64,000 bases of DNA from an uncultured Lentisphaeria bacterium (GTDB lineage Bacteria > Verrucomicrobiota > Lentisphaeria > Victivallales > UBA1829), in NCBI GenBank assembly GCA_905197955.1, contig CAJKAR010000013.1, positions 9,090-73,089 of the forward strand. Direction: 5' to 3'. Below, in pieces: positions 16,991 to 26,586 of the stretch. The number at the start of each line of letters is the position of its first letter. The first letter of the stretch is position 1. Under the pieces are notes generated by a model. That model had not been told where the DNA came from. It was given only the letters and a program-made list of their open reading frames with translations, and made no database searches. The position numbers were made by a program, and so were the translations under genes.

Positions 16991-18051
16991 TTCTGATTCT
17001 CTCTGATCCCGGTAACGGCCCGATACCATTTTCCCGTTTCCACCAGCTGCTTTTCGAGCGCCGCCAGCGGCACCATTACACTGGAGAGAATACGTTCCGG
17101 CCAGCGTGCTTTCCGTTCTCTGGAATCGACGTAATCCAGAAAATCGCGAAGAGTAACAAGATCCGCTCCGTTGTGACCTCCGTCGGAAAGGTTCGGTGCA
17201 GGAATCACTTCACTTTGACCATTCGAATAACGGATTCGGATTTCGGAACCATGAATTTCCGCAAGGATTTCCCCTTTGGTTCCGAAAATATGGAGATTGC
17301 GCTCATAGGAGCTGCCGCAGCTGGTCAGAGTCTGTGTAAACATGGTTCCATTGTGGAGCACGCCGGCAATGACGGCGGTATCATCGGTCATGGGAGCTTC
17401 TCCATGTCTGTGCCACAGGAAATTTGCCCCGCTCCCCCAGACCGTTTCCGCATAGGAACCGGCAAGATGCTGAAGGAGATCGGTGTCATGTGTCAGCTTG
17501 GCCGTGATGAAACTGCCGCGTTTGCGTGAGAATTTATTGATGAGAAATGCACGGGCGAAATTCTGTCCGACATCACAGGCACTTCGGATCATGACGGGCT
17601 TCCCGATGATTCCGGAGTCAAGAAGCTCTTTCAGCTTCAGCGCAACAGGAAAATTCGGTAAATTCAGCCCGATCTGAAAACAACATTCGCGCGATGTGAC
17701 AAATCGGTAAAGTTCTTCCGCCTGTTCCAGCGTGGGAACAACAGGTTTTTCGCAGTAAACCGCCTTTCCGGCGTCAATCGCATCCTTGACAACCTGGAGA
17801 TGCGTGTCTTCGTAGGTGGAAATGATGACGGTGTCAATCTCCGGCATTTTCAGCAGATCGCGGTAATCCGTGAAGTACGGGATATCCGGACAGCGGAAGG
17901 AAAAAAGCGGTGAAACCACCGGTCTTTCCCGCAGATCCGCCACCGCGGCTGGATATCCGTATTCGGGAAGTTGATTGATTAATGTTTCGGCGAGCTGCTG
18001 CCCGCGCTGTCCGAACGCAATGAATCCGATCCGATGACAGGTTTGCTGCAT
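16987..18051 (-). CDS. Gfo/Idh/MocA-family NAD(P)-dependent oxidoreductase
   Basis: IGFIAFGQRGQQ Rossmann start, DTVIISTYEDTHLQVVKDAIDAGKAVYCEKPV signature. The ATG at 18051 is preceded by gaaaggaag. The ORF-track start at 18078 would swallow the divergent promoter. Confidence 0.85.
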   Translation of the reverse strand: MQQTCHRIGFIAFGQRGQQLAETLINQLPEYGYPAAVADLRERPVVSPLFSFRCPDIPYFTDYRDLLKMPEIDTVIISTYEDTHLQVVKDAIDAGKAVYCEKPVVPTLEQAEELYRFVTSRECCFQIGLNLPNFPVALKLKELLDSGIIGKPVMIRSACDVGQNFARAFLINKFSRKRGSFITAKLTHDTDLLQHLAGSYAETVWGSGANFLWHRHGEAPMTDDTAVIAGVLHNGTMFTQTLTSCGSSYERNLHIFGTKGEILAEIHGSEIRIRYSNGQSEVIPAPNLSDGGHNGADLVTLRDFLDYVDSRERKARWPERILSSVMVPLAALEKQLVETGKWYRAVTGIRENQK

Positions 18052-18066
18052 TTTGCTTCCTTTCTC

Positions 18067-18095
18067 TTGACTGCTCAATTCAGATGCCTTATATT
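18067..18095 (+). promoter_or_regulatory. Candidate promoter of the divergent AraC regulator
   Basis: TTGACT, 17 nt, TATATT, about 45 nt upstream of the ATG at 18141, in the 89-bp divergent intergenic region. Confidence 0.35.
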
Positions 18096-18140
18096 ATAAT
18101 CGGATCAGGGATGAAATAGAATGGCAGAAAAAGATAAAAT

Positions 18141-19037
18141 ATGGCTTTATCCCACATCAGGGATGCAATCGGAAAAAATGCGTTAAGGCCCCCGCGCACG
18201 TTGTTTTCCGGAGGATATTCCTGCGAGGCTCCGTTTTTCCCGGAGGATATCCTGGTGTGGAAATCGTCATCGGAGCAGACGGTTACCGATGTATCAATTC
18301 ACCAGAGGATGATCCTGAAAATCATACTTTCCGGTGATGTCGTAACGGTTGTGGACGGACTGAGAATTCCCATGAAAGCAGCGGATATGATTCTGTTTTT
18401 TCCCTATCAGTTTCACGCCACCCGGCTGCTCTGTCCCCGTTCGGAATATTCATTTCTTGCCATCACTTTTACAGAGCGGACACGGAACTATTCTTCACTT
18501 CTGCCTTTGAAAAATCATCTTCTTGCTCCGGACGCCGCTGATGCACGGAATCTTGCGTGTATCATTCGAACCTGTTTGCACAAAAAACGCTGTGAGCCGG
18601 AAAAGGGGGTGCTGGCTTTGATGGAACTTCTGTTTGCACAACGGAGAAAGGTGCTTCGCCGTGCACAGGAAGGACACCCATCCAATCTTGTCCCCCGGGA
18701 GACCGCGGATCGAATCTCTGATTATTTCCGCAACAATTTCAATAAACCAATTTCGCTGAAATCCGTTGCTGCCGAATTCGGAATGAGCGAGGAAACCATA
18801 CGGAGGATTTTTCATAAAACGTATGGAGAAATCACTCCGGGCAGATTGATCAGCCGTCTGCGGATGCAATTTGCCGTTGAAATGCTGGAACATACGGAGG
18901 AACCTATCTCACGGATCGCGGAAAAGTGCGGATATACAGACCCGTTTGTATTCAGCAGAGCATTCAAACGCCAGACTGGAATTTCTCCACAGAAACACCG
19001 GAAACTTTATTTCTCTTCTCTTGAGAGATCGGAATAA
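18141..19037 (+). CDS. AraC-family transcriptional regulator
   Basis: C-terminal double HTH: ISLKSVAAEFGMSEETIRRIFHKTYG..RMQFAVEMLEHTEEPISRIAEKCGYTDPFVFSRAFKRQTGISP. Cupin-like N-terminal half. Confidence 0.9.
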   Translation: MALSHIRDAIGKNALRPPRTLFSGGYSCEAPFFPEDILVWKSSSEQTVTDVSIHQRMILKIILSGDVVTVVDGLRIPMKAADMILFFPYQFHATRLLCPRSEYSFLAITFTERTRNYSSLLPLKNHLLAPDAADARNLACIIRTCLHKKRCEPEKGVLALMELLFAQRRKVLRRAQEGHPSNLVPRETADRISDYFRNNFNKPISLKSVAAEFGMSEETIRRIFHKTYGEITPGRLISRLRMQFAVEMLEHTEEPISRIAEKCGYTDPFVFSRAFKRQTGISPQKHRKLYFSSLERSE

Positions 19038-19447
19038 CTCCAGAAAAAAAAAGACTGAGGTACGAAGCTTTTCCGCCGCTTCAAAAATCATCTTCGCCAT
19101 TGAACCGTGAGTCCGGCTTTGGAAAAGAGAAGAAGCATCGGAACGCAATTCGTTGCATAGCAATCGGCGGAATGAACGGAATATGATCTTTACGGCAACC
19201 GGATTCAATTTCCGATAACGGATGCGGTCATTGACCTGTCTTATGCAGATTTTTCAAACTGGCATTGAGGCTGTTGGCATTCCGGAAGGATGGATTGTAA
19301 TACTCAAACAGACTTGAAAAAGGAAGAACACGAGAAGGGACAAACCTTTTCTCTGAAGGGTTGTCCTTCCCGCATCCGTCTTTTGCATAAGGAACTGTCG
19401 ATTTTCCGTTTGCACATTGTCTGCTTTTCCCTGCAGAAGCCAGGGCA

Positions 19448-20725
19448 CTACTTCAGAAAAAGCTCAACGACAGGAATCACTGTTCCCCGCGGCTGTCCCA
19501 GAAACTGCAATGCGGCATACCCTTCCGGAATTCTCGGATTGGGATCGTCGGCATTACTTTCAGCGCTCTCGATAATACGCACAAACGCCCCGTCATGAAG
19601 TGTTTGTGCATAACGAATCCGGCCTTTCATCTTCGGCAGGAAAAGCATTCTCTGCCAGCGCATAACATGAACGTAAAGACGGTTGGTTACGGGGTTGTAA
19701 GTGTATCGGCAATCCCGTGGTTCCGGGAACTCCTCCGGAGCGGCTCCGCATCCGTAAATCGAACGGGAATGATACTTCATCCATTTTGCCAGCAGTTCCA
19801 GACATTGCTCCTCATGTTCATCAATACAGCCTCGTGCGGTGGGACCGATATTGAAAAGGGAATTGCCGTTCATGGATGTCTGATTTATCAGGATGTAAAG
19901 GAACTCCACAGGCGATTTCAAATAGGCAAGCTCATCCCGGTTATATCCCCAGGATGCGCCGAAACAATGACAACCCTCCCAGGCGGCCGGGAAGCCGTTT
20001 TCATCCAGACACTCCCTCTCCCGCAGATAATTTTCCGGTGTCACGATATCGTGCGCCCCCTTCAGTCCGTGACGAGAATTGAGAATGATTTCCGGCTGCA
20101 GCTGGCGCACAAGAGCAACTAATTTTTCTGCTTCGTTACTTGCTGCCCCCTGCTGAAAAGAGATGTCAAACCAGAGTTCTGTGATCTCTCCGTAGCCGGT
20201 AAGCAGTTCGGTAATCTGATTGCGGACATATTCATTATAGATGTGGTTGTCCCGGACCGCATTGAGGCGCTCCTGTTCCTCCTGCGGAAGAGCCGCCTGC
20301 GGGCTGTTCGGACTGATTTTATAATGCGGATGATGCCAGTCTGTAATGGAATAATAGAGGCCGATCCGAATCCCTTCGGCACGAAACGCATCCACGATCT
20401 GCCGCAGGACATCGCATCCATACGGAGTATTCGTAACCTTATAATCCGTGAAGCGGGTATCCCACATGCAGAAACCATCATGATGTTTTGTGGTAAAAAT
20501 CACATATTTCATTCCAGCCGCCCTGGCCCGCCGCGCCCAATCTGCGGGATCAAACAAATCGGGATTGAAGTGTTCGATCATATACTGATATTCTTCTTCC
20601 GAAATCCGGGAGAAGACGCGGCACCATTCATGGGTTCCGGACATTGCATAGATTCCCCAATGAATAAACATACCCAGACGATCATGCTTGAATTGTGTAA
20701 GATCCGGATGATAATACGCTTGCAT
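19448..20725 (-). CDS. GH29 alpha-L-fucosidase
   Basis: RLGMFIHWGIYAM..MKYVIFTTKHHDGFCMWDT..GIRIGLYYS. The ATG at 20725 is preceded by gaggaggag. The ORF-track TTG start merely translates the RBS. Confidence 0.9.
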   Translation of the reverse strand: MQAYYHPDLTQFKHDRLGMFIHWGIYAMSGTHEWCRVFSRISEEEYQYMIEHFNPDLFDPADWARRARAAGMKYVIFTTKHHDGFCMWDTRFTDYKVTNTPYGCDVLRQIVDAFRAEGIRIGLYYSITDWHHPHYKISPNSPQAALPQEEQERLNAVRDNHIYNEYVRNQITELLTGYGEITELWFDISFQQGAASNEAEKLVALVRQLQPEIILNSRHGLKGAHDIVTPENYLRERECLDENGFPAAWEGCHCFGASWGYNRDELAYLKSPVEFLYILINQTSMNGNSLFNIGPTARGCIDEHEEQCLELLAKWMKYHSRSIYGCGAAPEEFPEPRDCRYTYNPVTNRLYVHVMRWQRMLFLPKMKGRIRYAQTLHDGAFVRIIESAESNADDPNPRIPEGYAALQFLGQPRGTVIPVVELFLK

Positions 20726-20782
20726 GATTTTCTCCTCCTCTTCCAATGTAAAATGGGAATTCAGTACTTTTCTTTGGAAAGA

Positions 20783-22108
20783 TCAGTGCTTGAAAATATA
20801 GTTCCGGATTCTTCGGGAGGCTTCGGCATTCCCGGTCATGTGCCCATCCAGCGGGTTGGTGTAGAGGGCTTTCCGTGTGGTTTCCGGAAGATTGTGGAAT
20901 ACGGTATAAACTGAGGTCGGAGGACAGACAAAATCCGAAAATCCGGTCAGCATGATGATTTCACATCGAATTCTCCGTGCGAAATTGTTATTGTCGTAAT
21001 AGGCGGCGGTTTTCAGAATTTTCTGATCTCCCTTCGGATTGTTGAAGAGTCCCGGCCAGCCGGGTCTTCGTCCTGCAAGGATTCCGGCATGATCGCCCAT
21101 TGCGGGAACGCTGGACCAGCAGAAAGTGACTGCAGGATCCAATGCCGCCCCAGCCAGAGATTGCGCACCGCCTTGACTTCCGCCCATGGAAATCAGACGT
21201 TTCCCATCCCATTCCGGCAAGGCTTTCAGATAGTCGAACGCCCGCATGACACGAAGGTACATTCCGTTGAAATAAAATTTTTCCCGATCTGTTTTATTCT
21301 GATGGGCATAATTTTTCAGTTCGTTCTGGTTGAGAGCGGTATAAAATTCCGGTTTTTCAAGAGGCGGAATCCCATGCGCGTTGACATGCAGAATAATCGC
21401 ACCTTCCACATATTGACGGTTGAAGCTGGATCGGTAAACGCCCGCCCCTTGAAAAATTGCAATCGCAGGAAGGGAATGCGGTTTTGCATTTTTCGGAATG
21501 GAAAGAATCCCGGTAAGCGGTTTGGAACCGGCGCAGGCAACTGTAACAATAAAATGGTCCGCCCTGTTGTTCAGCCCCTGCGGAGCTTCCACCGGAATCC
21601 GTGATATTTCCCTGACAGGGACCTGATCAAGCTTTTTGCGCTGAGCACTCCAGAAGGCATCGAAATCAGCTGGCTCCGAATCATTCTGACGCAGTTTTTC
21701 CGGCTCAACCATTGCCCCGGCAAACGAGTTGACAAACCATCCGCGTACTTTTTTGATTCTTTCTCCTTTTTCGTTCAGGGCAAAGACTCGAACCCAAACC
21801 CATCCGGGTTTGTCGAGAGAGGTTTGGATCTTCAGCGTCTGATCTCCGGGAGCACGTTTCGTTTCTACCGGAAAACCGTTTTTATGAAGCGTATATTCCA
21901 TGATTTTACCGGAAGCCGGAACTCCGTTTTCGAAAAGTCTGAATTGAAAGCCAATCGCTTCTCCGCAACGGAAAATGCCATCTTTTCTGCTGACTTCCGC
22001 AGAGAAGACAAGTGGTTCCTTTTGCGGTGCTTGTGCCGCTTGAGCCTGAAGGAAACCGGGAGTGAATAGGATCATGCACAGGATTGCTGACAGAGAAAAG
22101 ATTTTCAT
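20783..22108 (-). CDS. CE7-type acetyl esterase (acetylxylan esterase / deacetylase family), secreted
   Basis: Signal peptide MKIFSLSAILCMILFTPGFLQA. Nucleophile elbow GGSQGG, characteristic of CE7 (AXE1). C-terminal ..DGH.. region. Confidence 0.75.
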   Translation of the reverse strand: MKIFSLSAILCMILFTPGFLQAQAAQAPQKEPLVFSAEVSRKDGIFRCGEAIGFQFRLFENGVPASGKIMEYTLHKNGFPVETKRAPGDQTLKIQTSLDKPGWVWVRVFALNEKGERIKKVRGWFVNSFAGAMVEPEKLRQNDSEPADFDAFWSAQRKKLDQVPVREISRIPVEAPQGLNNRADHFIVTVACAGSKPLTGILSIPKNAKPHSLPAIAIFQGAGVYRSSFNRQYVEGAIILHVNAHGIPPLEKPEFYTALNQNELKNYAHQNKTDREKFYFNGMYLRVMRAFDYLKALPEWDGKRLISMGGSQGGAQSLAGAALDPAVTFCWSSVPAMGDHAGILAGRRPGWPGLFNNPKGDQKILKTAAYYDNNNFARRIRCEIIMLTGFSDFVCPPTSVYTVFHNLPETTRKALYTNPLDGHMTGNAEASRRIRNYIFKH

Positions 22109-22329
22109 AAAAGTTGACTCCTTATGTTTTTTATTCCGAAAAAGTTGAATTTCATTTTGTAATGAGCTTTGCCGCAGAAGAATTCAAAGCGGGCAAAAAC
22201 AGAACTGCCGGGATCGCAATCAATGGTTCGATCATCAGAAGTTCCAGAAGTGTGAATTCTTCTTTTATCTTCCTCATTCTCACTGTTCTCTGTTAAAATT
22301 CTGTTGTTTTCGTCCGACTCCCCTGCATA

Positions 22330-23844
22330 CTACGGCTGTTTTTTCAGAATCTGATCAATTTCCGAACAAATTGCAAGAGCAAAATCATCGGCACATGCCC
22401 GATCCCAGTGAACAGGATCTTTCCAGTGTTTTTTTACTTTGGGGAGGTGCCGGAGAGCGATTGAATAGAGATCCACAGATGGAATTTTATTCTTTGCGAC
22501 GACTTTGTCGCAAATGTTGTTGAATTTTCGAATTCTGCGATCCTCATCATTGTCTACCGAGCTTGATCCATCCGGGAGAAGCGATCGGTGAGGAGTACAG
22601 CGGATCCAGATGATTTTAGCATTCGGCATCGATTTCCGAATGCAGTCAAAATAGAATTGAAGAGTATCGGCAAGATACGTTTCGCTGCAGCGGTTTTTAA
22701 ATTTCAGGGACCACCAGTGAAGCGTCTGAGGATTGAACGTTACAATATCATACGGCCCATGGGAAGCGACTCCTTTCCATGCGATTGCCGGTTTGCTTTT
22801 TTCTCCGTCTTTGGTTACCCCTGGACCGAACCATGTTCCCCCCATCCAGTAATCGACATACGCGCGATCTTTAACATGTTCGGCGATCTGCCCCCGATAA
22901 CTCATGGAAATGGAATCCCCGACCACGAGAATGCGTTTTTTCTTCGGATCCTTGACCGCCTCCCTCATGAGGCTGTATTCGGGACCGGAATAGTTCATGC
23001 GCTTCCTGATGGAAGGATCGTATCCAGTTGGAAACACACTGCCGTCATAGATTTTCAGATTGCGGATCTCCAAAGCAGACTTGAGTTTGGCCGGAGCATT
23101 TTTCTTTCCTCGAAGCTGTCCGAAACGAAGGACGGCTCCGGGAGCTGGAGGCGGAAAGGAGTCTGTTATCAGAAGAATCAGACCATCCCGGAAATAATAG
23201 AGTTTCCCGTCTTTGACGAGAAAGGTCTGTTTCAGATAGACATTGTCTTTGCCCCATGGAATCGGACAGGTCCCTTCATTCACACTCATGGAGGTCTGGG
23301 AGGAATTCGCATACAGCATTCCCGCTCCGAAAGCATAATAAGCAAATGCGAATCCGTTTGGTACAATCATCCGAAAGGAACCTTTTTCATAATCGCAATC
23401 CTGCATGGAGAAAATAAAAAGGTTGATTTCTTTCCGGTTCTGTGTCTTCAGTTCGAATTCGATAGTATATTCTTTACTCTTGAGGATTCCGGGAGGGAGA
23501 CGGAGCACATTGGTTCCGTCAAGAAAGAAAGAGGTCCCGCTGATTTTCAAATCCCCTGTGATCTGTTCCGGAGAAATCTTGTCCTTTCCAAATTCCCAGA
23601 TGCATTTCGGGGACTCCCGGGCATTCAAAAAGATGGAAATTCCTGTCAACAGAAGAACAAGAAGTGTTTTCTCTTTCCTCAAAGAAAACTTTTTCTGAAT
23701 GGAAGAAGCAATCCGCCAGAGGCTTAAATTCGGCCTGCAACCATTCCGCAGAAATGCATTCGTCCGGCAGCAATTATCTGTCTTCTGCATATTCTTTTCC
23801 TTTCTTTTAATGAACAGGGAAATATTGGTACATACTTTGATCAT
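22330..23844 (-). CDS. SGNH/GDSL-family esterase with N-terminal LamG/concanavalin-like domain
   Basis: Block I ILVVGDSISMSY and block V DPVHWD. There is one N-terminal hydrophobic anchor (TLLVLLLTGISIFLNA). The alternative start ATG at 23793 (MQKTD) has a better RBS. The DNA is visibly lower in GC. Confidence 0.7.
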   Translation of the reverse strand: MIKVCTNISLFIKRKEKNMQKTDNCCRTNAFLRNGCRPNLSLWRIASSIQKKFSLRKEKTLLVLLLTGISIFLNARESPKCIWEFGKDKISPEQITGDLKISGTSFFLDGTNVLRLPPGILKSKEYTIEFELKTQNRKEINLFIFSMQDCDYEKGSFRMIVPNGFAFAYYAFGAGMLYANSSQTSMSVNEGTCPIPWGKDNVYLKQTFLVKDGKLYYFRDGLILLITDSFPPPAPGAVLRFGQLRGKKNAPAKLKSALEIRNLKIYDGSVFPTGYDPSIRKRMNYSGPEYSLMREAVKDPKKKRILVVGDSISMSYRGQIAEHVKDRAYVDYWMGGTWFGPGVTKDGEKSKPAIAWKGVASHGPYDIVTFNPQTLHWWSLKFKNRCSETYLADTLQFYFDCIRKSMPNAKIIWIRCTPHRSLLPDGSSSVDNDEDRRIRKFNNICDKVVAKNKIPSVDLYSIALRHLPKVKKHWKDPVHWDRACADDFALAICSEIDQILKKQP

Positions 23845-24427
23845 AGTTCTCTTCTTTTAGACATTATAATATAGGAAAGGATGTTTGAAAATGTCGTGAT
23901 TGCTCTTTTTCATGTCATAATTGACCAAATTGGAAAACCTTCCGGAAGTGAACTCTATCTTTATTTTGTATATTCAAGGATAAGACTTTCTCTGAAAAAA
24001 CAGGTAACAGATACTATGCGAAACGAACATCGGAAAAAGAAAGGAAGATCCAATGATCTGGAACCAGCCCCCCCCCTGCTCTGAAACCGGGATTTCTGAA
24101 ATCGGCTTCTACGCTTGGCAACGTAACACAAGCATATCAAGTTTTCGACGGCCAGTTCCGGAGAGAGTCTTTCCCGTTTCAACAAGCTTTTCAATGAAAG
24201 CTTGTTTCCTGCTCCCGAAGGGATCCGGTTCGTTTGGCGGCTGTTGATCTTACAAACTTTCAAAATCAAAAGAGTCCTTTTCATAAAAAAGATCCATCCA
24301 GATTTTCTGTTTCCATTTTATGAAAAAACCGCAAGAAATTGGTTTTCCCTGGAAAAAAAATGTTGATTCCTGTCATTTTGAATGTATTGTATGAACGTGA
24401 GTCAACCAGCAAGAAGGAGAATGCATC

Positions 24428-25783
24428 ATGAGAACGTCAGTACTTGGAATGATCCTAGCAGGCGGAGAGGGGACACGCCTCGCTCCATTGACCGATCAGA
24501 GAGCTAAACCTGCCGTCCCGTTCGGAGGAAAATACAGAATCATTGACTTTGTTCTGAGCAATTTTGTCAACAGCGGCATCAACAGCATTTTTGTTCTGAC
24601 ACAGTTTAAATCGCAAAGTCTGATGGAACACATCATCAACGGATGGAACATCTCCTCAACGCAGGTCCGCGGCAGCTTCATCATTCCGGTTCCCGCACAG
24701 ATGCAGACGACCGACCGCACATGGTATCGCGGAACCGCCGATGCCATCTATCAGAACGCCTCGCTGATCGAGGACTTCAAACCCGATCTGGTTGCAGTCT
24801 TCGGCGGCGATCACATCTATAAAATGGATATCAGCCAGATGGTCGATTTCCATGCCTGCCACAACGCCATTGCCACCGTGGCGGCAATTCCGGTTCCCAT
24901 TCAGGAGGCAAGCCAGTTCGGTATTATTCAGGTTGACAAAGACTGGCGGATCATCGGATTCCAGGAAAAACCGAAAGACCCGACTCCTCTGCCCAATGAC
25001 AAAAACATGGCTCTGGCTTCCATGGGAAACTACATTTTCAACGCCAACGACATGCTGAGCCTGCTCAAAAACGATTACGATAAAAAAGGCAGTTCCCATG
25101 ACTTCGGCAAAGATATCATTCCGAGTCTTGTCGATACCAAACGGCTCTATGCCTACAACTTCTACGCCAACAAGATTCCCGGACAGGCGATCAACGAAAA
25201 ACCCTACTGGCGCGATGTCGGAACTCTCAAAGCCTTTTTCGAAGCCAACATGGATCTGCGCTCCACTCAGCCGCAGCTCGATCTCTACAACGACAAATGG
25301 CCGATCTACAACTACCATTTCAGTCTGCCGCCCGCAAAGTTCGTCCACAATGAGGATGTCGATACCTACGGACTGCCGCGCATCGGAAAGGCCATCAACT
25401 CCATCGTCTGCGACGGCTGCATCGTATCCGGCAGCACTGTCACAAACTCGATTCTCTTCAACTCGGTATTCGTCCACAGCTACGCCACCGTTCACAACAG
25501 CATTCTGCTGAATGATGTCGATATCGGCGAACACAGCAGAATCCGCAATGCCATCATCGACAAGCACAACATCATCCCCCGCAATACCACGATCGGTTAC
25601 GACCGCGAGGAAGATGCCAAACATTATCATGTTGTCGATCTGGACAACGGCCAGTGGCTCACAGTCATTCCGAAAGCCCGTCACAGCAATCCTCTCCAGG
25701 AACTGCCGAAAGTCCTCTTCACGCACGAGGCTTCCGGAGAAGCGGAAGGAACTCCGGCAGATCCGGAAACGAAACAGGAATAA
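24428..25783 (+). CDS. glgC: Glucose-1-phosphate adenylyltransferase
   Basis: LGMILAGGEGTRLAPLTDQRAKPAVPFGGKYRIIDFVLSNFVNSGI..VLTQFKSQSL, with left-handed beta-helix hexapeptide repeats in the C-terminal part. Confidence 0.95.
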   Translation: MRTSVLGMILAGGEGTRLAPLTDQRAKPAVPFGGKYRIIDFVLSNFVNSGINSIFVLTQFKSQSLMEHIINGWNISSTQVRGSFIIPVPAQMQTTDRTWYRGTADAIYQNASLIEDFKPDLVAVFGGDHIYKMDISQMVDFHACHNAIATVAAIPVPIQEASQFGIIQVDKDWRIIGFQEKPKDPTPLPNDKNMALASMGNYIFNANDMLSLLKNDYDKKGSSHDFGKDIIPSLVDTKRLYAYNFYANKIPGQAINEKPYWRDVGTLKAFFEANMDLRSTQPQLDLYNDKWPIYNYHFSLPPAKFVHNEDVDTYGLPRIGKAINSIVCDGCIVSGSTVTNSILFNSVFVHSYATVHNSILLNDVDIGEHSRIRNAIIDKHNIIPRNTTIGYDREEDAKHYHVVDLDNGQWLTVIPKARHSNPLQELPKVLFTHEASGEAEGTPADPETKQE

Positions 25784-25808
25784 AATCCTGTTTCCGAGTC
25801 ATCGACTG

Positions 25809-25846
25809 AAATCAATTCCGGTATTGCACCGGAATTGATTTTTTTT
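25809..25846 (+). terminator. Rho-independent terminator after glgC
   Basis: Perfect 13-bp stem aaatcaattccgg/ccggaattgattt, 7-nt loop, then a T-run. Confidence 0.8.
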
Positions 25847-25872
25847 GCAGAACAACGGGAGATCAGCAGCAA

Positions 25873-26535
25873 ATGAGTTCTTGCCTGTTTCAAAACGTCT
25901 ATAAAAAAGTCCGCTCCATTCTGGAGTTTGCACCGGGATGTCATGACTTCGATCACACGCTCCGGGTGCTCAATAATGCAAGGGCCATCGCGAAAAACGA
26001 ACTTGGCACGGAAGAGGAAAAACAGATGGCCGCCGTGGAACTGGCAGCGCTGCTTCATGATGTGGCTCGACCGGAAGAGTTGGAATCCGATGGAAAGATC
26101 TGCCATGCGGAGGCCGGAGCGCCAAAGGCCGCAGAAATCCTGCGTGAATGCGGCTGTTCCGATGAAACACTCATCAGGACGGTTTCCGACAGCGTTCTGA
26201 GGCATCGCTTCCGCGGGAAAAATGCGCCGGTGACCCTTATCGACAAAATTGTTTACGATGCGGATAAACTGGATTCCATCGGGGCGGTCGGAATCGGACG
26301 ATCCTTCCATTTTGCCGGACGGGTCGGTGCGCGTCTGCACAACACGGAACAGGAGGCGCTTTCCGGGAAAGAATACGGAAGAGAAGATTCCGCATACAGG
26401 GAGTATCTCGTCAAACTCCGCTACGTCCCGGAACGGATGCTGACGGAAACAGGACGAGCCCTGGCGCGGGAGCGGGCGGATTTCATGCATGAATTTTTCC
26501 GCCGCATGAACCGGGAATCCGGACTGGATGCCTGA
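25873..26535 (+). CDS. HD-domain metal-dependent phosphohydrolase
   Basis: H..HD motif (DHTLRV..LLHDVARPE) and DADKLDSIGAVGIGR. Confidence 0.8.
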   Translation: MSSCLFQNVYKKVRSILEFAPGCHDFDHTLRVLNNARAIAKNELGTEEEKQMAAVELAALLHDVARPEELESDGKICHAEAGAPKAAEILRECGCSDETLIRTVSDSVLRHRFRGKNAPVTLIDKIVYDADKLDSIGAVGIGRSFHFAGRVGARLHNTEQEALSGKEYGREDSAYREYLVKLRYVPERMLTETGRALARERADFMHEFFRRMNRESGLDA

Positions 26536-26586
26536 TCCTGCAAAAACAGATTGAACGGAAATCTTACATACAGAAAAGGACCCACG

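Noticed and set aside
19038-19447. Possible sRNA or hidden gene in the 410-bp convergent spacer after the AraC gene
   Set aside because: Only short hairpins are present, for example gaagggacaaacc..gggttgtccttc at about 19331-19372, probably the fucosidase terminator. There is no promoter-terminator pair or conserved-looking structure I can support.
23881-24284. Small ORFs (67 aa on the plus strand, 107 aa on the minus strand) in the SGNH/glgC intergenic region
   Set aside because: They overlap each other on opposite strands, have no RBS, and are basic low-complexity translations. They probably lie in non-coding regulatory DNA.
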